Shown piece by piece: positions 8,399 to 16,715 of a stretch of DNA of 37,171 nt. The translations under genes and the position numbers were made by a program. The DNA lies in assembly GCA_036393895.1 (NCBI GenBank), contig DASWGE010000178.1:1-37171 (forward strand), given 5' to 3'. The number at the start of each line of letters is the position of its first letter. Positions within the stretch are counted from its first letter, which is position 1. A model generated the notes under the pieces. That model saw only the letters and a list, made by a program, of their open reading frames with translations. It was not told the DNA's origin and did no database searches. Source of the DNA: Streptosporangiaceae bacterium (GTDB lineage: Bacteria; Actinomycetota; Actinomycetes; Streptosporangiales; Streptosporangiaceae).

Positions 8399-8535
8399 GC
8401 GCCAGCACAGCAACCTATCGCCGGAACCGCCACGGCTCCCGGTTTCCGGCCAGGTTCGGAAGCGCTGCACCGCAACACCCGTCGCCGTCCCTTCAGGGCA
8501 TCTGGCCCATCAATCGGACCGGTAGTCTGCTGCGC

Positions 8536-9258
8536 ATGGACCAGCCTGCTGACACGAATGCGGCCATCTGGCAATCCAAACAGACCGCCCAGACCTGGGC
8601 CGCGGAGGCGGCAGCACGCGAGCGGAATCATGCGGCGCAGTGGCAGTTCATGGCCGATCTGCTTCCTTTCGGGGAACAGGACGCGTTCACGTTCGCCGAT
8701 CTAGGCGCGGGGACAGGGAATCTATCGCGCGCGATCCTCAGCAGGCACCCGCACAGCACGGCGATACTGGCCGACTTCTCCGACCAGATGATCGGGGCCG
8801 GCGAGCGCGAAATGCAGCCGTTCCGCGGGCGCTACCGCTACGTCGAATTCGACCTGTCGACGGGCCAATGGCCCGCGGAGATTCCGGCCCGGGTCGATGC
8901 GGTCGTGACCTCACTGTGCGTCCACCATCTGCCCGATGAGCGTAAGCAGGGCCTGTTCAGCGAGATCTTCGAGCACCTTGTCCCGGGCGGCTGGTCGCTC
9001 AACTACGACCCGGTGCGCCCCGAGGATCTCGTAGTTGCCGCGGTGTGGCAGCGGGTGGGCGATTACTACGATCCCGAGACGGCGCGCAGGCGGCTGCATC
9101 CGACGCCGGAGGAGCGGGCCCGGCATCAGAACCACGTACGGTACATGATCCCGCTGACCCAGCAGCTGGCGTACCTCCAGGCGGCCGGATTCCAGGGCAT
9201 CGATATCTACTGGAAGCGGCTTGAGTGGGTCATTTACGGCGGGCGCCGACCGGACTAA
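8536..9258 (+). CDS. Class I SAM-dependent methyltransferase (small-molecule type)
   Basis: 240-aa ORF with motif I FADLGAGTGNLS, an acidic post-I residue (LADFS) and VVTSLCVHHLPD. No (D/N/S)PP(Y/F/W) DNA-methyltransferase motif is seen. Confidence 0.85.
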   Translation: MDQPADTNAAIWQSKQTAQTWAAEAAARERNHAAQWQFMADLLPFGEQDAFTFADLGAGTGNLSRAILSRHPHSTAILADFSDQMIGAGEREMQPFRGRYRYVEFDLSTGQWPAEIPARVDAVVTSLCVHHLPDERKQGLFSEIFEHLVPGGWSLNYDPVRPEDLVVAAVWQRVGDYYDPETARRRLHPTPEERARHQNHVRYMIPLTQQLAYLQAAGFQGIDIYWKRLEWVIYGGRRPD

Positions 9259-9286
9259 CGCCGCGCCCTGAAACACGAAGCCCGCT

Positions 9287-10555
9287 CTAGACTTTGCGTC
9301 TCGTAGTCGCCTCGGTGAGCAGACGGAGATCGATAGCGTGTTCCGGTGAAGCGAACGGAGAGCCTGGCGCACTGACATCGAAGCGACCGCTGTCCGGCAC
9401 GTAATCGCGGCCGCGGGCGATGACGCGCCGGAGCTTTCCTAGCGCCGAGATGTCGGTTCCCGGGTCGCCGTCCACGACGATGAGGTCGGCGTCGTATCCG
9501 GGTGCGAGGCGGCCGGTGATGGTATCGAGGCCGAGCGCCGCCGCGGCCTCTGTGGTAGCCATCGCGAGCACCTCCGCTGCCTGGAAACCCAGCGTCACCA
9601 GGTATTCCAGCCCGCCGACGTACTGGTGGTGCGGCGTGTTGTCGATGCCCGCGTCCGTGCCCGCGATGAGTCGCACGCCCATCTCGTGCATCGCCTTAAG
9701 ATGCTGGCCGACACGGATGCCGGTCAGTTGCGCGACGTAGGGGGCGTTCACGCTGGTTGTCGGGCAGACGAAGATGCCGCTCTCCGCGATCTCCGCGGCG
9801 AGCGGCTCGCTGAAGAGCCGCTCGTTGGTCTCGGTGACGAACGAGCAATGCTCAAGCGTGGTCACGCCGGCTTTGACCGCCCGGTGGATGCCCTCGATGC
9901 CGTGGGCGTGCGCGGCGACCGGCTTGTCGACTCGCCTCGCCTCATCGACGACCACCGCCAGCTGCTCGCAACTGAACTGGGCGTACCAGGGTGCCGATCC
10001 CGGCGTCATGAACCCGCCGGTCGACATGACCTTGATCAGGTCCGCGCCCCGCTTGTGGTGGGTCCGAACCATGCGCCGGAGGTCATCCTCACTGTCAGCT
10101 TCGCCGCCCATGAACCAGCAGTGCCCGCCGGTGACGGTGATCGGGCGGGTCGCGACGACCAGCCGTGGCCCGCGGGCCAGGCCCGCAGCGATCGCATCAC
10201 GAACGACCACGTCCAGATAGGCTCGCGCGCCGAGGTCCCGTGCTGTCGTGACGCCCACGCCGAGCAGATCACGGGCGTTATGCAGCATCAGGACGAGTTG
10301 CTGCTCGTCGGTCTCGCTGCGCATCCGCGCGGCCGGCTGGGGGCCGCCGTCGAATCCGAGATGGACGTGGCAGTCGATCAGGCCCGGCGTGATGGTTGAG
10401 CCTGGATAGTCAGTCCGTGGCAGCCGCGCGAACTCCGCCGGCAGCATAGCGGCGCAGCCGACCCAGTCCACGGTGGTGTCGCCGACCACGACCGCGCCGT
10501 CGGTCACCGTCGCGTCACCGGTCATGACGCGCCGCGCGGTGAGCACCTCTGCCAT
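9287..10555 (-). CDS. Amidohydrolase-family metallo-hydrolase
   Basis: Motifs PGLIDCHVHLGFDG, AAHAHG and AGTDAG. ATG at 10555 is preceded by GAGGTGG. The maximal ORF runs to 10618. Confidence 0.85.
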   Translation of the reverse strand: MAEVLTARRVMTGDATVTDGAVVVGDTTVDWVGCAAMLPAEFARLPRTDYPGSTITPGLIDCHVHLGFDGGPQPAARMRSETDEQQLVLMLHNARDLLGVGVTTARDLGARAYLDVVVRDAIAAGLARGPRLVVATRPITVTGGHCWFMGGEADSEDDLRRMVRTHHKRGADLIKVMSTGGFMTPGSAPWYAQFSCEQLAVVVDEARRVDKPVAAHAHGIEGIHRAVKAGVTTLEHCSFVTETNERLFSEPLAAEIAESGIFVCPTTSVNAPYVAQLTGIRVGQHLKAMHEMGVRLIAGTDAGIDNTPHHQYVGGLEYLVTLGFQAAEVLAMATTEAAAALGLDTITGRLAPGYDADLIVVDGDPGTDISALGKLRRVIARGRDYVPDSGRFDVSAPGSPFASPEHAIDLRLLTEATTRRKV

Positions 10556-10719
10556 GCCACCACCTCGCCTCGGCCAGCCCGCAGAGCGCGAACGGCAGCG
10601 TTGGCGACGGGAATCCACGCTATGGGAGCGCCGGAAACACCGTCAAGGCCGCGGATCATGACCAATGCCGATTGCCGGGCGGGGATGGTGCAGGTGATCA
10701 GGTACAGCCGGTGCAGGAT

Positions 10720-11898
10720 ATGGGGGTGGGAAGTCTCAGAGACGCGATCGACGGTACAACTGCCGAGATGCTCCGCGCCCGACAGAGCGTCAAATGGACA
10801 ACTCCGGGTCCGGGCGGATTCGGCGCGGCAATTGCGGAGATGGACTTCGGCGCCGCCCCGCCGGTCATCGACGCGCTGGAACGGCTGTCAGAGGACGCGG
10901 CGTTCGGCTACCTGCCGCCGCATCTTTCTGAGGAACTCGCCGTGGTGTGCGCGGAGTTCGAGCTGCGCCGCTTCGGATGGGAGCTTGACCCGGCGGTGAT
11001 CCACCCGGTTCCTGACGTGATCAAAGCTCTGGAGATCGCCATCACGCATTTCTCGCGCCCGGACTCGCCTGTCATATTGCCGACGCCCGCTTACATGCCG
11101 TTTCTCATCGTGCCTGGCCTGCTCGGCCGCGAGATCATCCAGGTGCAGATGCGCAACGACGGAGGGTTCTTCACCCTCGACCTCGACGCGATCGAGGACG
11201 CCTTTCGCGCCGGAGGGCATCTGGTCGTCTTCTGCAACCCTTACAATCCGCTCGGGCGCGTCTTCACTCGCGACGAGATGATGCAGCTTACTGAGGTGGT
11301 CGACCGGCACGGCGGCCGCGTTTTCGCTGACGAAGTCCACGCGCCGCTCGTCTATCCGGGGCAGCGACACATCCCGTACGCGTCGACCTCTGACGCTGCC
11401 GCATCACACACGCTGACCTCAACGTCCGCCTCCAAAGCGTGGAACCTGCCGGGTCTCAAGTGCGCAGTTGTGATCCTCAGCAACGAGCCGGACAAGCAGC
11501 ACTGGGAGGAAATGGGAGTCTTCGCATCGCACGGTGCGAGCAATCCCGGCGTGGTCGCCAACATCGCGGCATTCCGGCATGGCGAGCCGTGGCTGGACGA
11601 AGTCCTCGCTTATCTCGACGAGAGTCGTCAGCTGCTCGGCGGCCTGCTCAGCCGAAAACTTCCGACGGTGCGCTACCGACCGCCCGACGGCACCTATCTG
11701 GCCTGGCTGGACTGTACGGCGCTGGATCTCGCCGAGTCGCCCGGCGTACTCGTGACTGACCGGGCGCGCGTCAGTGTCGTGGACGGGCCAGCCTTCGGCG
11801 CCGGCGGCGCAGGGTCGTTCCGGTTCAACTTCGCGACGCCGCAACCGCTCCTCACCGAGATGATCGAGCGGATCGCCGCCGTCCTAAACACCGGGTAG
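10720..11898 (+). CDS. PatB/MalY-type PLP-dependent aminotransferase / C-S lyase
   Basis: LRARQSVKWT lies near the N-terminus, with the PLP-lysine context TSASKAWNLPGLKCA and FCNPYNPLGRVF. The start is ambiguous: 10672 for the maximal ORF, or 10720. Confidence 0.8.
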   Translation: MGVGSLRDAIDGTTAEMLRARQSVKWTTPGPGGFGAAIAEMDFGAAPPVIDALERLSEDAAFGYLPPHLSEELAVVCAEFELRRFGWELDPAVIHPVPDVIKALEIAITHFSRPDSPVILPTPAYMPFLIVPGLLGREIIQVQMRNDGGFFTLDLDAIEDAFRAGGHLVVFCNPYNPLGRVFTRDEMMQLTEVVDRHGGRVFADEVHAPLVYPGQRHIPYASTSDAAASHTLTSTSASKAWNLPGLKCAVVILSNEPDKQHWEEMGVFASHGASNPGVVANIAAFRHGEPWLDEVLAYLDESRQLLGGLLSRKLPTVRYRPPDGTYLAWLDCTALDLAESPGVLVTDRARVSVVDGPAFGAGGAGSFRFNFATPQPLLTEMIERIAAVLNTG

Positions 11899-11930
11899 GA
11901 CCATCACCATGCGCTATACCCGGTTGACTT

Positions 11931-12638
11931 TCAAGCCAGCTCGGATGCGGCGGCGCCGATGAGGCCACAACCGCTGGTCAGCGGCGGCGCGGAAGGCACG
12001 GCCGAGTCCTCGTATCCGATCAGTCCGTAGCGCATGGCGGTCATCAAAACTTGGGCGCGGTTGGCCGCACCGAGCTTGTCGTAGAGCCGCGCAACGTAGG
12101 TCTTGGCGGTCGACTGGCTGATGTACATCGCGAGCGCGATGGCTGGGATCGACAGCCCGTCCCTCAGGTACCGCAGGACCTCGGCCTCTCTCGGGCTGAG
12201 CGCCAGCCGGTCCCTGATCGTGCGCCGCCTGGTGATCGCCACGGCCAAGCCCGAGGCCGTGAACGACGATGCGGCTACCGCGGCGTGCCTGATCGCGGCG
12301 AGCACTTCCTCGACGGGAGCGGTCTTCGCCACGAACGCGGATACGCCGGTCTCCATCGCGCGGAACAGCACATCGTCCTCACCCCGCGAGGTGAGCATGA
12401 CAATCCCCAGGTCGACGTAGAGATCGCGGAAGATCCTCGCGAGTCGCATGCCGTCGCCATCGGGCAGCGTCGCGTCGATGGTGACGACATCGGGGCCAGA
12501 CTGGGCGATCGTCTCGGGTGCCAGGCCGGCAAAGCCGCACTCAGCCACGATCTCGATGTCAGCATGCTCCGCGACTAGCTGGCGCAGGCCGTACCTGGTG
12601 AGTGTATGGCCGTCCACTATGGCCAGGCGTATCGTCAT
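11931..12638 (-). CDS. Orphan LuxR/NarL-family response regulator
   Basis: Receiver MTIRLAIVDGHTLTRYGL...DVVTIDATLPDGDG and HTH LSPREAEVLRYLRDGLSIPAIA. There is no adjacent kinase. The maximal ORF starts at 12662. Confidence 0.85.
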   Translation of the reverse strand: MTIRLAIVDGHTLTRYGLRQLVAEHADIEIVAECGFAGLAPETIAQSGPDVVTIDATLPDGDGMRLARIFRDLYVDLGIVMLTSRGEDDVLFRAMETGVSAFVAKTAPVEEVLAAIRHAAVAASSFTASGLAVAITRRRTIRDRLALSPREAEVLRYLRDGLSIPAIALAMYISQSTAKTYVARLYDKLGAANRAQVLMTAMRYGLIGYEDSAVPSAPPLTSGCGLIGAAASELA

Positions 12639-12827
12639 CGCGAACCCCCCCAGGCTCTGCATTATGGTGCGTCAGCGGAGCCCCTTGTGCTTGCGCGGCA
12701 ACCTGGACGCGACTCACCTGGGATGTTTCTGACGTGGCATCACGAACTAGACGTGGTGCCCTTGTGGCTAGTTGGCACAGCCTTTGCATTGTTGTCGTTC
12801 TGTGATGAGAGGTTGCTCGCTCGTTCA

Positions 12828-13541
12828 CTAGCGGCCGGTGAGGACCGCGAGAAACGCCCCGGCGAGCATGTAGGGCCCGAAGCTGATCATGGCGCGCCTG
12901 GAGATCCTCCGGCTGGTGAGCAGGACGAGCCCGACGGCGGCAGCTGTCACGAAGCCGAGGCTCGCCCCGGCGAGCAGCGTTCCCCAGCCAAGCCAGCCGA
13001 GCAGCAAGCCGATCAACCCGGCCAGCTTGATATCCCCGCCGCCCAGCTGGCTGGCGCTCAGCAGGCCGAGCACCAGGTACGCGGCGCCGAGCGCCAGTCC
13101 GCCAAGCAGCGCCCTGGCGAATCCCGGCCAGGCGTCATCGGCTGCCGCGGCCAGCGCCAGCAGGACGATCATCCCCGGATAGGCCGGCAGCGTCAGCCGG
13201 TCGGGAAGCCGCTGCACGGCGACGTCGACCTGCGCGAGCGCCACGCCAAGTATGGCGAGGAAGGCGGCCGCACCAAGGGCTGGCTGGAAGCCGATCCTTG
13301 CGGCCAGGAGTGCCAGAACGGCCGCTGTCACCACTTCGATCGCCATCGGCGCGCCAATCCAGGATCCGCAGTGCCAGCACCGGATCGCTGGGCGCCGCGG
13401 CAGCGCGGCCGCGCACTCCCGGCAGGTCATCTCCTCCGGCTCGCCGCTCGGCACGGACATCCTGGCTACCTGGCCGCGCAGCACCGTGCCGGCCGGCAGG
13501 CCGACGGCCGCGCTCGTCGCAACCGAGATCACGTCCATCAT
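12828..13541 (-). CDS. A24-family type IV prepilin (Flp) peptidase
   Basis: 237-aa polytopic ORF. It has an N-terminal CRECAAALPRRPAIRCWHCGS (CxxC-x12-CxxC) and the catalytic Asp contexts LPDRLTLP and GGGDIKLAG. It is divergent from the flp genes. Confidence 0.85.
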   Translation of the reverse strand: MMDVISVATSAAVGLPAGTVLRGQVARMSVPSGEPEEMTCRECAAALPRRPAIRCWHCGSWIGAPMAIEVVTAAVLALLAARIGFQPALGAAAFLAILGVALAQVDVAVQRLPDRLTLPAYPGMIVLLALAAAADDAWPGFARALLGGLALGAAYLVLGLLSASQLGGGDIKLAGLIGLLLGWLGWGTLLAGASLGFVTAAAVGLVLLTSRRISRRAMISFGPYMLAGAFLAVLTGR

Positions 13542-13782
13542 TTACGCCTCGCAGCGCCGGGGGATCTGCTAGAAGTTCGATTAACGGTCCCAGGCGACCT
13601 CTGTCCTTCGCTGGCCCTTGTCATCCGTTTGAATGACGTGTCGGCCGATAAGACGAACTTGTCCGCTCGTTATCCGGAAGTCACTTTCGGTCATGATCAA
13701 ACCTATACGCTGCGCGGTACTAGGCGGCACGGTGCCGTCCAGAAGGCGTGGATCGCTCGCCGGCCTGTCGAAGGAGTTCCGA

Positions 13783-13965
13783 ATGCTGAAGCACCTGGTG
13801 TCACTCAACAACCGTCTCGCTCAGCTCCGCAGCGACGACCGCGGAGTGACCTCGGTCGAGTACGGCCTCATGGTCGCCTTGATCGCGGTCGCGATCATCG
13901 GGTCGGTCATTGCGCTCGGCGGAAAGCTGAACACCCTGTTCACCGACGTCGCCAACGCGATCTGA
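13783..13965 (+). CDS. flp: Flp-family type IVb pilin 1
   Basis: 60 aa: MLKHLVSLNNRLAQLRSDDRG/VTSVEYGLMVALIAVAIIG... This is the Flp processing motif (G/xxxxEY plus a hydrophobic stretch). GAAGGAG lies 6 nt upstream of the ATG. Confidence 0.9.
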   Translation: MLKHLVSLNNRLAQLRSDDRGVTSVEYGLMVALIAVAIIGSVIALGGKLNTLFTDVANAI

Positions 13966-13980
13966 CCAATAGCTCTCAGG

Positions 13981-14010
13981 GGAGCGAGGCGGGTTCATTC
14001 GCCTCGCTCC
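13981..14010 (+). terminator. Perfect stem-loop between the two flp genes (attenuator/stabiliser or partial terminator)
   Basis: GGAGCGAGGCG-ggttcatt-CGCCTCGCTCC forms an 11-bp GC-rich stem starting 16 nt after the flp1 stop. There is no clear U-tract. Confidence 0.5.
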
Positions 14011-14047
14011 GCTTGCTGCCACACAACTCGCTCCGCCTGCTGCCACA
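14003..14047 (+). repeat. Two 21-bp direct repeats (CTCGCTCCGCyTGCTGCCACA) with a 24-bp period upstream of flp2
   Basis: 14003-14023 and 14027-14047 differ at one base. The first copy overlaps the 3' arm of the hairpin. Confidence 0.6.
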
Positions 14048-14062
14048 AAAAGGAGGATTCCG

Positions 14063-14248
14063 ATGCTCGCTGTCTTCGCGTCGGCGCGGCGGATTCTGGG
14101 CCGTCTGCGGGTCCTGGATGAGCGAGGCGTCACCTCCGCGGAGTATGCGCTGATGGCGACGCTCATCGCTGTCGTGATCAGCGGCGCGGTGGCCGTATTC
14201 GGGTTGAGCGTTAACAACTTGTTCAGCGGGATCGCCGGGGCATTCTGA
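14063..14248 (+). CDS. flp: Flp-family type IVb pilin 2
   Basis: 61 aa: ...LDERG/VTSAEYALMATLIAVVISG... AAAGGAGGA lies upstream of the ATG. Confidence 0.9.
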   Translation: MLAVFASARRILGRLRVLDERGVTSAEYALMATLIAVVISGAVAVFGLSVNNLFSGIAGAF

Positions 14249-14325
14249 ATGTCGAACATCGGACCGTGCGACGGCCGGCCTGCACCGCTCGCACGGTTGC
14301 CGGAGTTGGAAGGGGGTTGGCGAGG

Positions 14326-14739
14326 ATGAGTCGGCGACTGTTCGGTTTGCCCGATCGGGGGGCTGCTGCCGTGGAGTTCGCGATCATGCTCCCGCTGCTG
14401 CTGCTGATCATCTTCGGCATCATCGACTTCGGCCGGGCACTCAACGCCCAGGTCACGATCACCCAGGCGGCCCGCGAAGGGGCCAGGCTCACGGCCCTCA
14501 ATCAGCCGAACGTGGTGAGCCGTACCCAGGCAGCGGCGACCGGGCTCAGCGGCGTAGGCGTGACCGTGGCCGCATCCTGCCCAGCCGGCTCTGGGCCGAC
14601 CGCCAACGCCGACGTCCAGGTCAGCTACTCCTTCAACTTCATCACGCCAATTGGCGCGATCGCCAAATTGTTCGGCGGGTCGGGACTCGGGTCCACGCTC
14701 ACGCTCACCGCCGAGGGAGTCATGCCATGCGAAACCTGA
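14326..14739 (+). CDS. tadE: TadE-like pseudopilin/minor pilin
   Basis: TadE N-terminal signature GAAAVEFAIMLPLLLLIIFGIIDFGR. ATG at 14326. The maximal ORF starts with GTG at 14266. Confidence 0.8.
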   Translation: MSRRLFGLPDRGAAAVEFAIMLPLLLLIIFGIIDFGRALNAQVTITQAAREGARLTALNQPNVVSRTQAAATGLSGVGVTVAASCPAGSGPTANADVQVSYSFNFITPIGAIAKLFGGSGLGSTLTLTAEGVMPCET

Positions 14740-15845
14740 TGCGAGGCCTGCCCCGTCCGATGCTCCGCCTGCTCGGCCGCGACGACCGGGGCGCTGTCGG
14801 CGTGCTCGTGGCGATACTAGTAGGCGGTGGCGTGCTGCTCGGGTTGGGTGCCCTGGTCGTCGATGTCGGGCAGTTGTACTCCGAGCGGGCTCAGCTTCAG
14901 AACGGCGCCGACGCGGGCGCGCTGGCCGTGGCCAAGAGCTGCGCGGAGGGCAGTTGCGCGTCGGGGGCCGCCACGCTGTACGCGAACGAGAATTCCGCTG
15001 ACGGTGTTTCCGCTGTCAACCTGGTCTGCGGTTCGGGCGCCCTCGGTGCTTGCCCTGCCAGCACCGGTAAGATCTACGACTGCCCGTCGGCGCCGAAGGC
15101 CGGCACGAACTACGCGGACGTACATACGTCCACGCTGACGACGAGCGGCTCGACTCTGCTGCCGCCATCGCTGGCCCGGACACTGCTCGGCATGAGCAAT
15201 TACAAGGGTTCCACTGTCTATGCCTGTGCCCAGGCATCCTGGGGGCCGCCGCTGGCGTCGAGCGGCCTCGCGCTGACAATCTCGGCGTGCGAGTGGGACG
15301 CGGCGACGCAGAACGGGACGGTTTTCGCCCCTCCGCCGCCGTACCCGCCCAACCCCCTTCCTTCGCCGTCCCTCGACCGCCAACTCAAGCTGCACACCAC
15401 CTCAACCGTAGGCGGCTGCCCGACCGAGCCATCCGGCGCGGACGGACCAGGCCTGTTCGGCTGGACCAGCGATCCGACCAACAGCTGCCTCACGCCGATC
15501 ATCAACGGCCAGTTCGGCGGCAGTACGGGTACGAGCATCTCGCAGCCCTGCAAGACGGTAATCAGCGCCGATCAGCAGAACAAGACCCTGATCTTCATGC
15601 CGATCTACGTGTTGGTGCAGAACCCCGGTAACAACGCCGTCTATACCCTGAAGGGCTTCGCCGCATTCGTGATCACCGGATACCAATTGCCAGGTTTCAA
15701 CGCCCACGACTGGCTCAACCGGGCCAACGACTGCACGGGCTCCGACAAGTGCATCGAGGGCTACTTCACCCAGGGGCTTGTCCCGAATCCTGGAACCATC
15801 GGCGGCCCGAACCTCGGTGCCGACATCATCGCGCTGACCGGCTGA
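14727..15845 (+). CDS. TadG-like (Tad_N / TadE-G-like) pilus-associated protein with large Cys- and Pro-containing C-terminal domain
   Basis: N-terminus DDRGAVGVLVAILVGGGVLLGLGALVVDVGQLYSERAQLQNGADAGALA. 372 aa. Overlaps tadE by 13 nt. Confidence 0.7.
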   Translation: MRNLMRGLPRPMLRLLGRDDRGAVGVLVAILVGGGVLLGLGALVVDVGQLYSERAQLQNGADAGALAVAKSCAEGSCASGAATLYANENSADGVSAVNLVCGSGALGACPASTGKIYDCPSAPKAGTNYADVHTSTLTTSGSTLLPPSLARTLLGMSNYKGSTVYACAQASWGPPLASSGLALTISACEWDAATQNGTVFAPPPPYPPNPLPSPSLDRQLKLHTTSTVGGCPTEPSGADGPGLFGWTSDPTNSCLTPIINGQFGGSTGTSISQPCKTVISADQQNKTLIFMPIYVLVQNPGNNAVYTLKGFAAFVITGYQLPGFNAHDWLNRANDCTGSDKCIEGYFTQGLVPNPGTIGGPNLGADIIALTG

Positions 15846-15897
15846 CCTTGGGCACGGGAATCGCGGAGCAGAGCACGCGCGGAAGCGGAGAAGAGTC

Positions 15898-16689
15898 TTG
15901 ACACGTCGCATCCTGACAGTCGTCCTGGCGATCGTCCTGGCCGTGATCGGCACCGGAGCCGTCCTGCTTTACGTCAAGGGAGCGGATCAGCGAGCCATCG
16001 CCGGCCAGAAGGCCGTCAGCGTCTTGGTGGCCGCGCAGCAGGTTCCGGCTGGCACCACCGCCGGTACCGCCCTCAGCGAAGGGCTGCTGAGCCGGCAGAA
16101 GCTGCCCGCCGCCTCGGTGCCCTCTGACGCGGTCCGTTCAGTCACACCGCAGCTGACCGGCCTGGTGCTGAGCGCTGATCTCCCGTCGGGCCAGCTTTTG
16201 CTGCGACCGATGCTGGTGACGGCCGTTGCCGCCCGCAGCGGTCTGCCGATCCCTTCCGGCAAGGTGGCGCTGAGCCTGCAGTTCTGCCTTGCCAGGGACG
16301 TCGCGGGTTATGTCCAGGCAGGCTCTGAGGTGGCGGTGTTCAATACCTCCGGCACAGGCACGCCCGGCAGTGCCACAAACTGCGCGGGAATCAGCGCCCA
16401 GAAGGGCGTAAAAGGCCTTCATACGAGGCTGGTGCTGCCCAAGGTTCAGGTGCTGGCGGTCGGGCCAGCGCCGACTTCGACGGCCAGCGGCACCGGGGCC
16501 ACGAGCACGGCGTTCTCGCAGAACAGCTCGTCAACACAGTCTTCCAGCACCACGATCATGCTGGTCACGGTGGCCGTCAACCAGTTCCAGGCCGAGCAAC
16601 TGATCCACCTCGATGAGAACCAGGTGCCCTACCTCGCGCTGGTGACGCCTTCCTCGGGGGTCAAGGCCGACGTCCAGTTCCAGCCATAA
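15898..16689 (+). CDS. cpaB: CpaB/RcpC-family Flp pilus assembly protein
   Basis: TTG start preceded by GGAAGCGGAG. There is a single N-terminal TM segment ILTVVLAIVLAVIGTGAVLLYV, then a SAF-like segment VSVLVAAQQVPAGT. Confidence 0.8.
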   Translation: MTRRILTVVLAIVLAVIGTGAVLLYVKGADQRAIAGQKAVSVLVAAQQVPAGTTAGTALSEGLLSRQKLPAASVPSDAVRSVTPQLTGLVLSADLPSGQLLLRPMLVTAVAARSGLPIPSGKVALSLQFCLARDVAGYVQAGSEVAVFNTSGTGTPGSATNCAGISAQKGVKGLHTRLVLPKVQVLAVGPAPTSTASGTGATSTAFSQNSSSTQSSSTTIMLVTVAVNQFQAEQLIHLDENQVPYLALVTPSSGVKADVQFQP

Positions 16690-16715
16690 GCCCGTCCGTT
16701 AGGGAAACGATAACC

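Noticed and set aside
8332-8631. N-terminal 100-codon extension of the first cassette gene (ORF annotated 7543-8631).
   Set aside because: The extension overlaps the divergent methyltransferase CDS (from 8536) and has an odd Cys/Gly/Arg-rich composition. A strong GAAGGAG-N5-GTG start exists at 8331. The extension remains possible because the RFES-like repeats would be in frame.
12606-14153. Very long plus-strand ORF (515 aa). Similar long antisense or out-of-frame ORFs occur at 1580-2503(+), 2722-4011(+), 27764-28903(-), 35814-36962(-), 36263-37018(+) and 36280-37023(-).
   Set aside because: They run antisense to, or out of frame with, genes that have clear family motifs. Their translations are Arg/Pro/Gly/Ala-rich low-complexity strings typical of stop-codon-poor alternative frames in roughly 70% GC DNA. 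None has a convincing RBS or motif.
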